Assembly: GCA_937951485.1 (NCBI GenBank)
Contig: CALEDJ010000045.1
Location: forward strand, 139,100-203,099
From: an uncultured bacterium
GTDB taxonomy: Bacteria > Hydrogenedentota > Hydrogenedentia > Hydrogenedentales > CAILVY01
DNA: 64,000 nt
Reading direction: 5' to 3'
Both the position numbers and the translations under genes were made by a program. The notes beneath the pieces are model-generated. The model worked only from the letters and a program-made list of their open reading frames with translations, did no database searches and had not been told where the DNA came from. Shown in pieces: positions 36,863 through 46,592 of this stretch; the stretch's first letter is position 1; each line of letters starts with the position of its first letter.

Positions 36863-39800
36863 ATGGAAGCACTGATTCGTTTCATGCTTACACATAAACT
36901 GCTGGTCGTCCTGTTGACGGGCATTGTCGCGGTGGGCGGTATGCTGGCGTGGCGCCATCTTCCGATAGACGCATTCCCCGATGTCACTAATGTGCAAGTG
37001 ATGATCTTGACGGAGGCGGCGGGCCTCACTCCGGAAGATGTTGAGCAACAGATTACTTTCCCCATCGAAGTGGCCCTTCAGGGGCTGCCACGGGTGCGCG
37101 GTGTGCGTTCGGTATCGAAATCCGCGCTGTCCCAAGTGGTCGTCGTGTTTGAAGACGGGGTTGATATTTATTTTGCGCGGCAACTGGTGCTTGAACGCCT
37201 TCAGTCCGCCCGCGAGGAATTACCGGCGGGCGTTGCGCCGAAACTGGCGCCGATCAGCACGGGCCTCGGCGAGATATTTCAGTACACGATCGAAAGCGAT
37301 CGCCATGATGCGATGGAACTGCGCACCATTCAGGATTGGGTGGTCGCTCCATACCTGAGGACCATTCCGGGGGTGAACGAGGTCAACAGTTTCGGCGGTT
37401 TTGTAAAACAATATCAAGTTTTGGTGGAGCCGGACCGTTTGTTGCAGCATGGACTCTCGCTAGGAGAAATCACAGAGGTGCTGGCGCGGAACAACGCGAA
37501 TGCCGGCGGCGGTTTTCTGACACAGGGCTGGGAACAGGCCTATGTTCGGGGAGTGGGCCTGATCGGAACAGTGGAAGACATTGGAAACATTGTGCTGCGC
37601 GCGGAGGACGGCATCCCGCTCTACGTGAAAGACGTGGCCGAAGTGGTCATTGGTGCGCAAACGCGACAAGGCGCCGTAACCCGAGACGGAAAGGGCGAAA
37701 CCGTCGCAGGCATGGTCATCATGTTGCGCGGAGAAAATTCCAAGCAGGTGGTGGACCGTGTCAAAGCGGCATTACCCGTGATTCAGGCGTCGCTACCCGA
37801 AGGGGTCCGTCTCTCCCCCTTTTACGATCGCACCGACTTGCTTCAGTCGTGCGTGGCGACCGTACGCAATGCTCTGCTCGTCGGCGGACTTTTTGTCGTG
37901 CTGGTTCTGTTCCTGTTTCTGGGCAACCTGCGCATGGCGGCGGTGGTAGCGCTGTCGGTCCCGCTGACAGCCCTGATGAGCTTCCTGATGATGTATTTCA
38001 GTGCAGTCACTGCAAACCTGATGAGTCTGGGCGGACTCGCCATCGCTATTGGCGTCATCGTTGATGCCTCGATCGTCGTTTCGGAAAACATTGCGCGGCG
38101 CCTGGCCGAAAGCGGAAGCCCAGGGCGCGATCGCGTGGAGATTGTTTCTGACGCGGTTTTGGAAGTGGCGCGGCCGGTGCTGTTTGCCATTGCGATCATC
38201 GTTATCACCATGGTGCCTCTTTTCACGCTCGAAGCGATGGAAGGAAAGATGTTCAGGCCGCTGGCCCTGACGATGATTTTCGCCCTGATAGGATCGCCTG
38301 CAGTGGCGCTGAGCGTTGTGCCGGTGCTTAGCCTGGTTTTTTTCAAGACAAAAGGCGGTGGTGTGCGGCATCCCCTTGTGGCACTATTGCAGATCCCGTA
38401 TTGCTCCGTATTGGGGTTGGCTTTGCGCTGGAAACGATGGACTCTGGCGGCGGCGACGGCACTTGTGTGCGGCATGTCCGTGTTGGCTTTGGGGCTGGGC
38501 ACAGAGTTTCTGCCGGTACTCGACGAGGGCGCATTGGCGGTCAATGTGGTACGCCTGCCGTCGGCGTCGCTGGAAGGGTCGGTGAAAACAGGGGAATACA
38601 TAGAGCGGCTTCTGGCCTCATTTCCCGAAATACGCACGGTCGTAACCAAAACGGGCCGGGCGGAAATTTCGGAAGACCCGATGGGACCCGAGCAAAACGA
38701 CATCATCATCATGCTGCATCCGCGGAAAATGTGGCCGCCGGGCCAGACCCGCGAAACGCTGATTGCCCGGCTCCAGGAAGCCCTTGAAAAGATTCCGGGG
38801 GTGCGATTTTCCTTTTCCCAACCGATCGCGCTGCGCGTCAATGAACTGATTTCCGGGATCAAGAGCGATCTGGCAGTCAAAATATTCGGACCCGATTTGG
38901 ACCTGTTGCGCGAAAAAGGAGCGCGGTTCGCCGCCATACTGAATACCCTGGAAGGGGCCGAGGATGTAAAGGTCGAACAAAGCGCCGGTTTCATGCAAAT
39001 AGACATCCACGCCAACCGGTCGGCCATGGCGAGGCACCAGATCAACGTCGAAGATATCAATGTCCTTATCGAAACAGCGGTCGGCGGCAAAGTGGTTTCG
39101 CGAATCATTGAAGGCCAGAGGCGCTTTGATTTGCTGATACGTTATGCGGAACATGCGCGTAACGACATGGAAGCCCTTGCGAATCTTCTGGTTTCCACAC
39201 CGTCGGGTGCGCGCGTCCCCTTGTCGGCGCTGGCGCATATCCAAATGGTCGAAGCGCCAGCCCAGATCAGCCGCGAGAATGGACTGCGCCGCATTGTCGT
39301 CGAATGTAATATCAGAGGACGTGACATGGGGGGATTTGTAGCCGAGGCGAGCGAACGACTCGCTGGAATAATTGCCGCCCTGCCGCCGGGCTGTTTTGTC
39401 GAATACGGCGGACAGTTTGAGAACCAGCAGCGGGCCATGGCCCGCCTTGCGATAATTGTGCCCCTGGCGATTCTTCTGATTCTGGTGATGCTGTTTTCGG
39501 CCCTCGGCTCGATGCGCCATGCCCTGCTTGTATTGGTGAACCTTCCGTTCGCGCTGATCGGCGGTGCAGCGGTGTTGCACTGGACCGGCATCAACCTCAG
39601 TGTCTCCACGGTCATCGGTCTTATAGCGGTATTCGGCCTGGCTGTGGAGAACGGCGTAATCCTCATAACTTTTGTCAATCAACTCCGTACGCAAGGAATC
39701 GGCGTGGAAACGGCGGTTCGAAAAGCCTGCGAACTGCGCTTCCGGCCCCTTCTCATGACCACCCTCACCACGCTCCTCGGCGTTCTCCCCATGGTGCTGA

Positions 39801-39952
39801 CCCGGGGCGCCGGCGCTGAAATCCAGCGTCCGCTCGCTCTGGTTGTGCTGGGCGGCCTGGCGTCTGCCTTGGTGCTCACCCTTGTGGTGTTGCCGGCGCT
39901 TTATATCCTTGTCGAGTCTTACTTTGAAAAACCACAACCCGACAATAGTTGA
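36863..39952 (+). CDS. czcA: CzcA/CusA-family heavy-metal efflux RND transporter
   Basis: About 1030 aa; 12 TM; N-terminus MEALIRFMLTHKLLVVLLTG...AFPDVTNVQV typical of the HME-RND family. Confidence 0.9.
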   Translation: MEALIRFMLTHKLLVVLLTGIVAVGGMLAWRHLPIDAFPDVTNVQVMILTEAAGLTPEDVEQQITFPIEVALQGLPRVRGVRSVSKSALSQVVVVFEDGVDIYFARQLVLERLQSAREELPAGVAPKLAPISTGLGEIFQYTIESDRHDAMELRTIQDWVVAPYLRTIPGVNEVNSFGGFVKQYQVLVEPDRLLQHGLSLGEITEVLARNNANAGGGFLTQGWEQAYVRGVGLIGTVEDIGNIVLRAEDGIPLYVKDVAEVVIGAQTRQGAVTRDGKGETVAGMVIMLRGENSKQVVDRVKAALPVIQASLPEGVRLSPFYDRTDLLQSCVATVRNALLVGGLFVVLVLFLFLGNLRMAAVVALSVPLTALMSFLMMYFSAVTANLMSLGGLAIAIGVIVDASIVVSENIARRLAESGSPGRDRVEIVSDAVLEVARPVLFAIAIIVITMVPLFTLEAMEGKMFRPLALTMIFALIGSPAVALSVVPVLSLVFFKTKGGGVRHPLVALLQIPYCSVLGLALRWKRWTLAAATALVCGMSVLALGLGTEFLPVLDEGALAVNVVRLPSASLEGSVKTGEYIERLLASFPEIRTVVTKTGRAEISEDPMGPEQNDIIIMLHPRKMWPPGQTRETLIARLQEALEKIPGVRFSFSQPIALRVNELISGIKSDLAVKIFGPDLDLLREKGARFAAILNTLEGAEDVKVEQSAGFMQIDIHANRSAMARHQINVEDINVLIETAVGGKVVSRIIEGQRRFDLLIRYAEHARNDMEALANLLVSTPSGARVPLSALAHIQMVEAPAQISRENGLRRIVVECNIRGRDMGGFVAEASERLAGIIAALPPGCFVEYGGQFENQQRAMARLAIIVPLAILLILVMLFSALGSMRHALLVLVNLPFALIGGAAVLHWTGINLSVSTVIGLIAVFGLAVENGVILITFVNQLRTQGIGVETAVRKACELRFRPLLMTTLTTLLGVLPMVLTRGAGAEIQRPLALVVLGGLASALVLTLVVLPALYILVESYFEKPQPDNS

Positions 39953-40167
39953 GAATGATTATCTACGGCCCCCTTGTTTGAGCATCAACGTCCATGAAAA
40001 CGTGTGCACCGTCGTGTCTTTCCCCATGCCATGTGCGCCCCATCTTTCCGCGTCTCTTTCCGCGTCTCTTTCCGCCCGTGCGTATGATCACTGTGCACGG
40101 GAGAAACCAACATACACTCAGGGAAAACAGCAAGAAAGCGGCCCCCAAACGGGTCTGTTCCAAACGA

Positions 40168-40208
40168 GTCCGTCGCAGACGGACAAGCCGGGGCTGCCCC
40201 GTGTTTTT
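40168..40208 (+). terminator. tandem hairpins ending in a T-tract; rho-independent terminator of the czc operon
   Basis: GTCCGTC-GCA-GACGGAC, then CGGGG-CTG-CCCCG followed by TGTTTTT. Confidence 0.6.
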
Positions 40209-40327
40209 GCAAAACCAGCATAAAACCCTTGCAATACAATCTGATCGGTCGTGAACAGTTACCACGCATGAGCGTGGAGCATGTATCGGACGGTCCGGCA
40301 GCCTTCAAACGCGAACAGGCACTGTTG

Positions 40328-40356
40328 TTGCACCCGGCCGGACCGGGCGATATAAT
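40328..40356 (+). promoter_or_regulatory. sigma-70-type promoter TTGCAC-N17-TATAAT upstream of argC
   Basis: Exact -35/-10 hexamers with a 17-nt spacer, 150 bp upstream of the argC start. Confidence 0.55.
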
Positions 40357-40398
40357 CCCCGGGTACGAATCACCGCGCAGGAGACCGGCGCGGCAGGG

Positions 40399-40416
40399 GG
40401 ATTCCGGCCGGAATCC
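40399..40416. promoter_or_regulatory. 18-bp perfect palindrome GGATTCCGGCCGGAATCC between the promoter and argC start (candidate repressor operator)
   Basis: Perfect dyad located about 45 bp downstream of the -10 element. Confidence 0.4.
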
Positions 40417-40505
40417 GCTCCCAATTCCCGGTAGTATTGTTCATCCACCCAGGGATCGGACGCATCACAGGCGGGCGGTCCATTGCATCCAAGGAGATTG
40501 TTTAA

Positions 40506-41515
40506 TGATTCGCGTAGGCATGGTCGGCGCCATCGGTTACGGCGGGCGGGAGTTCATGCGGCTCCTGGCCGCGCATCCGTCGGCGAAATTGACGGCGGCG
40601 GTGGAGGTGGAAAGCGGTAAGCGACTGGACGAGGTGCTGCCGGCGTTCCGCAAGGTGCTGGATTTGACGCTGGATCCGTTTGACCCGGAAGTCCTGGCGA
40701 AGAAGTGCGACGTGGTCTTCATCGCGGTGCCGGGCACGAAGTCCATGGCGTTGGGTGCGCAACTGCACGCGGCGGGCGTGCGCGTGATGGACCTGGGTTC
40801 CGATTTCCGTATCAAGGACCCTATCGCTTACAAGCAGTATTACAAGACGGACTACTCGCATCCGGAACTGGCGGCCAGGGCCGTATATGGTCATGTGCCG
40901 TTCTATCGGGAACAAATCCGGGATGCGGCTATTGTGGCGGTGCCCGGGTGTTTTCCCATTTCCATAATCACGCCGTTGCGCCCGCTGGTGGAAGCGGCCG
41001 CCCCGGAAACCCCGGTGGTGGTCAATTCGATCACCGGCGTGTCGGGCGCGGGCCGCGCCCTGAACGAGGTCTTTCATTTCCCGGCGATGAATGAGAACCT
41101 GCGCGCCTACCGGCTGGCGACGCACCAGCACATTCCGGAGATCGAACAGGAGCTTGGCGGCAGGGTCATGGTGCAGTTCACGCCGCATGTGGCTCCGCTC
41201 ACGCGCGGCATTCTCAGCACCATCGTGCTGCGTCCCTCCAAGCCCATTGATGTGGCCGCGATCTACCGCCGCTACGACGACGAACCGTTCGTGCGCGTGC
41301 TGCCCGAAGGGCAGATTCCCGACATCAACCATGTGCGCGGATCGAATTTCTGCGACATCGGCTGGGTCCGCGACGAGCGCACCGGCAATCTTCTCATCGT
41401 CAGCGTCATTGACAATCTCGTCGGCGGGACCGCCGGGATGGGCGTCCAGTGCATGAACGTGGCCTTTGACCTGGATGAGCGGGCCGGCCTCAACTTTCCG
41501 GGGATGGCGCCATGA
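40506..41515 (+). CDS. argC: N-acetyl-gamma-glutamyl-phosphate reductase
   Basis: MIRVGMVGAIGYGGREFMRLL N-terminus, ...PGCFPIS... active-site Cys region; AAGGAG RBS. The ORF-track start 40229 is a non-coding upstream extension. Confidence 0.9.
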
Positions 41516-42720
41516 ACGCGATAGACGGCGGCGTCGCCGCGCCGCAGGGTTTCCGGGCGGCGGGTGTTGCGGCGAGGATCAAGAACCTGAAGTCCACCAA
41601 AAAGGACTGCGCTCTGCTGGTCAGCGATACGCCGGCTGCGATCGCCGGGGTATTTACCACAAATCTTGTGAAAGCCGCGCCGGTGCTGTGGACCCGCGAC
41701 GTGTGCGCGCGGGGGCGCGCCCGCGCCGTCTTCGCCAACAGCGGCAACGCAAATGCCTGCACCGGCGATCGGGGTCTGGCGGACGCGCGTGCGACCGCCG
41801 CGCATGCGGCGGCGGCGCTTGGTGTCGCTGCCGACGAAATAGCGGTGCTCAGCACGGGCGTCATCGGCGTGCCGATGCCTATGGACCGCATCCTGCAGGG
41901 GGTGGACGCCTGCCTTGCGGCGCTGTCGCCGGACGGCGGCGCGGATGCCGCACAGGCCATCATGACCACCGACACGGTACCGAAATCCATGGCCGTCGAG
42001 GTGAACATCGGCGGGTGCCCTGTCCGCATCGGCGCGATGGCCAAGGGCGCAGGCATGATCTCGCCGAAGATGGCCACCATGCTCTGCGTCATCAGCACCG
42101 ACGCGCCCATCACGGCCCAATCCCTGCAGTTGGCGCTGACGGATGCCGTCGATCAGTCCTTCAACCGCATCTGCGTGGACAATGACATGAGCACCAACGA
42201 CACGGTGATTTGCCTCGCCAACGGTCTCGCCGGCGATGATCCCATCGTGCCCGGCTCACCGGAATTCACGGTTTTTTCGGAAGCGCTTCAAGAGATATGT
42301 ACGGCACTGGCCCAGGCGCTGGTGCGTGATGGCGAAGGCGCAACCAAATTCGTCACCATCGCCGTCGAAGGCGCGGCGTCCGACACGGATGCGGAACGCA
42401 TCGCACGGGCCGTCGCGACCTCGCAACTCTGCAAGACGGCCTTTTTCGGTCAGGACCCCAATTGGGGCCGCATCGCCTGCGCCGCCGGATACAGCGGCGC
42501 GGCGTTTGACCCTGCACGCCTCAGCGTGTGGATTGGAGCGGTACAGGTGCTCGACAGCGGCCTGCCCGCGCCATATGAAGAGGCGGATGCGGCCGCTGCC
42601 ATGCGCGGGCGTGACATCGTCATCCGTATCCGGGTGGGTGATGGTCCGGGCCGGTGCCGTTTCTGGACCTCCGACCTCAGTCACGATTATGTTAGGATCA
42701 ACGCCGACTACCGAACCTGA
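41512..42720 (+). CDS. argJ: bifunctional glutamate N-acetyltransferase / amino-acid acetyltransferase
   Basis: 402 aa; autoproteolysis motif ...MATMLCVISTDAP... Confidence 0.9.
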   Translation: MNAIDGGVAAPQGFRAAGVAARIKNLKSTKKDCALLVSDTPAAIAGVFTTNLVKAAPVLWTRDVCARGRARAVFANSGNANACTGDRGLADARATAAHAAAALGVAADEIAVLSTGVIGVPMPMDRILQGVDACLAALSPDGGADAAQAIMTTDTVPKSMAVEVNIGGCPVRIGAMAKGAGMISPKMATMLCVISTDAPITAQSLQLALTDAVDQSFNRICVDNDMSTNDTVICLANGLAGDDPIVPGSPEFTVFSEALQEICTALAQALVRDGEGATKFVTIAVEGAASDTDAERIARAVATSQLCKTAFFGQDPNWGRIACAAGYSGAAFDPARLSVWIGAVQVLDSGLPAPYEEADAAAAMRGRDIVIRIRVGDGPGRCRFWTSDLSHDYVRINADYRT

Positions 42721-42735
42721 GGAGGCGCGGGGACC

Positions 42736-43617
42736 ATGGAAGAAAGCATCCAGAAAGCGGCGGTGTTGACCGAGGCGCTCCCCTACATCCGCGAATTCGA
42801 GGGAAAAACCGTCGTGATCAAATACGGCGGTGCGGCGATGCTTGACCCGGCGTTGCGCAGCAGCACCGCCGAGGACATCGTGCTGATGAAATACGTCGGC
42901 ATGAACCCCGTCGTGGTGCATGGCGGCGGCCCCGCCATCAACCGCACCCTCAACCGGCTCGGCGTCAAGAGCGTCTTCAACGCGCAGGGATTGCGCATCA
43001 CCGACGACGCCACCATCGAAGTGGTGGAGATGGTGCTTGCGGGGTCGGTGAACAAAGACATCGTCCGGCTTATCAACCTGGCCGGCGGCGACGCCGTGGG
43101 TCTGTGCGGCAAGGACGGGAACCTTCTGCACGCCCGCCGGATAGAAACGGAAGACGGCAGCGACATTGGGCATGTCGGGCGCGTCGTCCATGTGCGGACG
43201 AAGGTGATTGAGGTCTTGTGTCACGCGGGCATGATCCCTGTGATTGCCCCCCTCGCCACCGACCCGCAGGGCGGCACGTGGAACATCAACGCCGATACCG
43301 CCGCCGGCGAAATCGCCGCGGCGCTCCAGGCGGAAAAACTGGTCTTTCTCACCGACACGCCCGGTCTGCTGCAGGACAAGGACAATCCCGAATCGCTGAT
43401 TCATCAACTGAAATCGGAGGATGTGGAACGATTGAAGCGGGAAGGCGTAATCGCCGGAGGCATGGTCCCGAAAATCGAGGCATGCCTCAAGGCCCTGGAC
43501 TACGGGGTCCGCAAGACCCACATCATTGACGGCCGCGTCTCCCACAGCCTCCTGTTGGAAATATTCACAAAAAAAGGACTGGGCACGCTGGTCAGCCACG
43601 GCCGCGCCGCGGGTTGA
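42736..43617 (+). CDS. argB: acetylglutamate kinase
   Basis: 293 aa; ...KTVVIKYGGAAM... amino-acid kinase N-terminus. Confidence 0.9.
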   Translation: MEESIQKAAVLTEALPYIREFEGKTVVIKYGGAAMLDPALRSSTAEDIVLMKYVGMNPVVVHGGGPAINRTLNRLGVKSVFNAQGLRITDDATIEVVEMVLAGSVNKDIVRLINLAGGDAVGLCGKDGNLLHARRIETEDGSDIGHVGRVVHVRTKVIEVLCHAGMIPVIAPLATDPQGGTWNINADTAAGEIAAALQAEKLVFLTDTPGLLQDKDNPESLIHQLKSEDVERLKREGVIAGGMVPKIEACLKALDYGVRKTHIIDGRVSHSLLLEIFTKKGLGTLVSHGRAAG

Positions 43618-43708
43618 CTTGCCCGCAATGGAGAGGGCATTGTTTCAATAAACAGTGTGCGCACACCGGTGCGCACACAAGCGCAGAAGCAGGAGTGAAC
43701 CCGACATC

Positions 43709-44350
43709 GTGTTTGATATTTTCAATCCTTTCGAATTGATGATGCGCGGCGGCATTTTCATGTGGCCTATCCTCCTGTGCTCCATCATCGGCCTCGCCAT
43801 CACCATCGAACGTTTCATCTCGCTGCACCGGGCGGATATTGACACCCGCGAATTCATGGACACCATGCGCCAGGTGCTCCGCCAGAACCGCATCCAGGAG
43901 GCCATCCGCCTCTGCGACGCCACCAACGCCCCCGTCGCCCGCATCATGAAAGCGGGTATCATGCGCCACCGGGCATCCAAAGAGGACATCCGGGAAGCGA
44001 TGGAGGACGCCAGCCATCTGGAAATCCCCCGCTTGGAACGCTATCTTTCCGGACTGGCCACCTGCTCGAACATTTCGCCCCTGCTCGGTCTGCTGGGCAC
44101 CGTGCAGGGCATGATCATCTGTTTCGCCCAAATCCAGACCAAGGGCGGCCAGGTCAACCCCTCGGATTTGGCCGGGGGCATCAGCACCGCCCTCCTTACC
44201 ACCGCCTTCGGGCTGAGCGTGGCCATCCCCCTGCTGGTGCTCTACAACTATTTCACCTCGCAAATCAGCACCCTGATTGCGGAAATGGAGATCAGCGCCG
44301 CGGAATTGCTCGAACTGCTCACCAGACACCGCGGCGACCGCGAGATTTAG
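43709..44350 (+). CDS. exbB: MotA/TolQ/ExbB proton-channel family protein
   Basis: ...GGIFMWPILLCSIIGLAITIERF... N-terminal signature. Probable GTG start at 43709 with an AGGAG RBS 11 nt upstream. Confidence 0.75.
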   Translation: MFDIFNPFELMMRGGIFMWPILLCSIIGLAITIERFISLHRADIDTREFMDTMRQVLRQNRIQEAIRLCDATNAPVARIMKAGIMRHRASKEDIREAMEDASHLEIPRLERYLSGLATCSNISPLLGLLGTVQGMIICFAQIQTKGGQVNPSDLAGGISTALLTTAFGLSVAIPLLVLYNYFTSQISTLIAEMEISAAELLELLTRHRGDREI

Positions 44351-44354
44351 GGCG

Positions 44355-44810
44355 ATGAAATTTCCCCGAAATGAAAAACACAAGGTCAAGGCCACCCTCG
44401 ACCTGACCCCCCTGATTGACGTCGTCTTCCAACTCATCCTCTTCTTTCTGCTCACCTCGACCTTCGTCGTCCAATCGTCCATCCCCGTCGAACTGCCTGA
44501 AGTCCAGGCGGAACTGCCCGCCCAGGAAAAACACCTCACTATCACCCTGGGACTCGGCGACGGCGGCCCCGAAAACCAGGGGCCGGTCAGCATCTCCGAC
44601 GGCGAAACCGAAATCCTCATCGCCGAATGGGCTGAATTGCACGCCAAACTGCTCGAAATCCATGAACAGGACCCGGAAGCCACTGTCCTCATCTCCGCCG
44701 ACCGGGGCGTCACCACCGGCCGGCTGATCACCGTCATGGACTATGCCAACCGCGCCGGAATCACCAAATACGGCATCGCCGCCCAGCAGGTCGAAGAAGG
44801 CGGGTCATAG
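44355..44810 (+). CDS. exbD: ExbD/TolR biopolymer transport protein
   Basis: ...TPLIDVVFQLILFFL... single-TM ExbD signature; starts 5 bp after the exbB stop. Confidence 0.75.
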   Translation: MKFPRNEKHKVKATLDLTPLIDVVFQLILFFLLTSTFVVQSSIPVELPEVQAELPAQEKHLTITLGLGDGGPENQGPVSISDGETEILIAEWAELHAKLLEIHEQDPEATVLISADRGVTTGRLITVMDYANRAGITKYGIAAQQVEEGGS

Positions 44811-45074
44811 GTTGCGGACAGCAAGGACAGCAAGGATGACAAGGCCCCTCGGGAACAGCGCCGTTGGGTGACGAGAGATGGTTGGCGCGGCCTGTCAAAA
44901 TACGCTTACTGTTTTTCCCAATAAAACCACAAAGTACCATTTTTCGCAGATTCGTTTTGGCGAAGCCGCACACGTTCTGCTATACTTATCCCACAAGCAA
45001 CGGGAACCTTTTCGCCGAAGGCGGAATAACAGGTTGCAGCGGAAGATTGTTTTCGCAGCAATGATGGTCACGGC

Positions 45075-45764
45075 ATGGATGAGCAGCGATTACAAAAAGC
45101 GCCGGCGCACGGGGAAACGCGCTTCCGGGTGATTGATCCGGCGGGGCAGCCGCTCCGTGAGTGGAGCGACGAGGCGCTGATGCTGAAGCACGGCGAGGGC
45201 GACGAGGAAGCCTTTGCGGAGTTGGTGCGGCGGCATCAGCGTGGGGTCCTGAACTACATCTTCCGGATGGTGCACAACCGGCATGTGGCGGAGGAATTGG
45301 CGCAGGAGGTGTTCATGGCGCTGGTGAAGAACGCGGGGCGCTATGAACCCACCGCGAAGTTCACCACCTACCTCTACACCATCGCGTCGAATATTGTGGC
45401 GAAGGAATGGACCCGCCAGAAGCGGCGCCCAAAACTCTTCAGCCTCTCCTCGTGGTTCTCCGGCCGCGACGAAGAGGACATCTTTGACCCGCTCGAGCAC
45501 AGCGGCGACGAACGCGCGAACGTGCTTGCGGCGTTTCAGCGGGGCGAGATCAGCGAGGCGGTGAACGCGGCCCTGAACCATCTGCCGGAACATCAGCGCG
45601 AAGCCTTTGTATTGCGTCGTTTTCAGGACATTCCCTACGAAGAAATGGCCGAGATTCTCGATGTTCCCGTCGGCACGGTGAAATCGCGCGTGGTGCGCGC
45701 GGAGCGGGCGCTCCGCCCCTACTTGGAACGTTTCCGCGAATATGTGCAGGGGGTGGACGCATGA
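45075..45764 (+). CDS. ECF-subfamily RNA polymerase sigma-70 factor
   Basis: Region 2 (...YIFRMVHNRHVAEELAQEVFMAL...) and region 4 (...PEHQREAFVLRRFQDIPYEEMAEILDVPVGTVKSRV...). Confidence 0.8.
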   Translation: MDEQRLQKAPAHGETRFRVIDPAGQPLREWSDEALMLKHGEGDEEAFAELVRRHQRGVLNYIFRMVHNRHVAEELAQEVFMALVKNAGRYEPTAKFTTYLYTIASNIVAKEWTRQKRRPKLFSLSSWFSGRDEEDIFDPLEHSGDERANVLAAFQRGEISEAVNAALNHLPEHQREAFVLRRFQDIPYEEMAEILDVPVGTVKSRVVRAERALRPYLERFREYVQGVDA

Positions 45765-46450
45765 GCATGGACCACAAGGTCATCCTGCACCCAACGCGGC
45801 GGCAACTGGTGGCCTATGCCGAGTCGCTGGTGGACCGGCGCGCGCCGATTTCGGCGGCGCTTGGAGCGCACATCATGGCGTGCCCCGCCTGCGCGGCGGA
45901 AGTGAAGGCCATTCGCGCCTCCCTGGAATTCACGGCGTCCGCGCCCGGCATCGAGCCGTCGCAGGATTTGACGAGCCAGATTCTGCGGCGCGCCCAACAG
46001 GAACGGAACGGGCAAGGCCCGTCCCGCCGGCGGGTGTCGGTATTTGGAGCGCTGGCGCGCGCCGTGGTCTTTGCCGGGGCGATGGCCGCCGTGGCAACGC
46101 TGGTTTTCGGGGCGGCGCTGAACGCCGCGCCGTCACCCCAGGGCGTCGCGCCCGCGAATACAGCGCTGCACCCCGCCGTTGTCTCCGCGTCCAGTCAGGA
46201 GGCATTGCAGCGCGCGGCTGAGGAAGTACGCACGCTTGCGGCAGCGGTGCGCAGCGTGTCGGACCGCCCGCAAACCCCGCGCGAACGCGAACACCGCCAC
46301 GCAGCGGCCCTTCTGGATGCCGACATCGCAGCGGCGCGCCAGGCCCTGCAGCGCAACCCCGGCTGCGAACGCGCCGAGGCCATCGTCAACGCCAACCTTC
46401 AGCGCCAGGCCGAAACGTTGCGCGCGCTGTACCTCGAACGCAGCCTTTAG
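45761..46450 (+). CDS. zinc-finger (HxxxCxxC) anti-sigma factor
   Basis: 4-bp overlap with the sigma gene; N-terminal ...HIMACPACAAEV... zf-HC2 motif; central hydrophobic segment. Confidence 0.65.
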   Translation: MSMDHKVILHPTRRQLVAYAESLVDRRAPISAALGAHIMACPACAAEVKAIRASLEFTASAPGIEPSQDLTSQILRRAQQERNGQGPSRRRVSVFGALARAVVFAGAMAAVATLVFGAALNAAPSPQGVAPANTALHPAVVSASSQEALQRAAEEVRTLAAAVRSVSDRPQTPREREHRHAAALLDADIAAARQALQRNPGCERAEAIVNANLQRQAETLRALYLERSL

Positions 46451-46592
46451 GCGACACCAACCGTTTTCTCGGTCCCCCGCGCAAACAGGCCGCAAAAAAG
46501 CCAGTGTCCCTCTTTTCCGAAAATGTAGTGGAGACTTTCGGCCTCCGGCCCAATAAAAACGATCATTTACGAAAATAACTGTGGAAGTCGGG

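Noticed and set aside
40229-40505. ORF-track N-terminal extensions (argC 40229, fumC 11558, exbD 44277, pilin 58726, repeat protein 24440, OMP 17378, CN hydrolase 50492 etc.)
   Set aside because: The extensions lack family-typical N-termini. Canonical starts with good RBS lie downstream at the coordinates used in the feature list.
43655-43678. Perfect 10-bp-stem hairpin GTGTGCGCAC-ACCG-GTGCGCACAC after argB as a rho-independent terminator
   Set aside because: No downstream T-tract. It may still act as a GC-rich terminator or RNA stability element between argB and exbB, but evidence is insufficient to call it.
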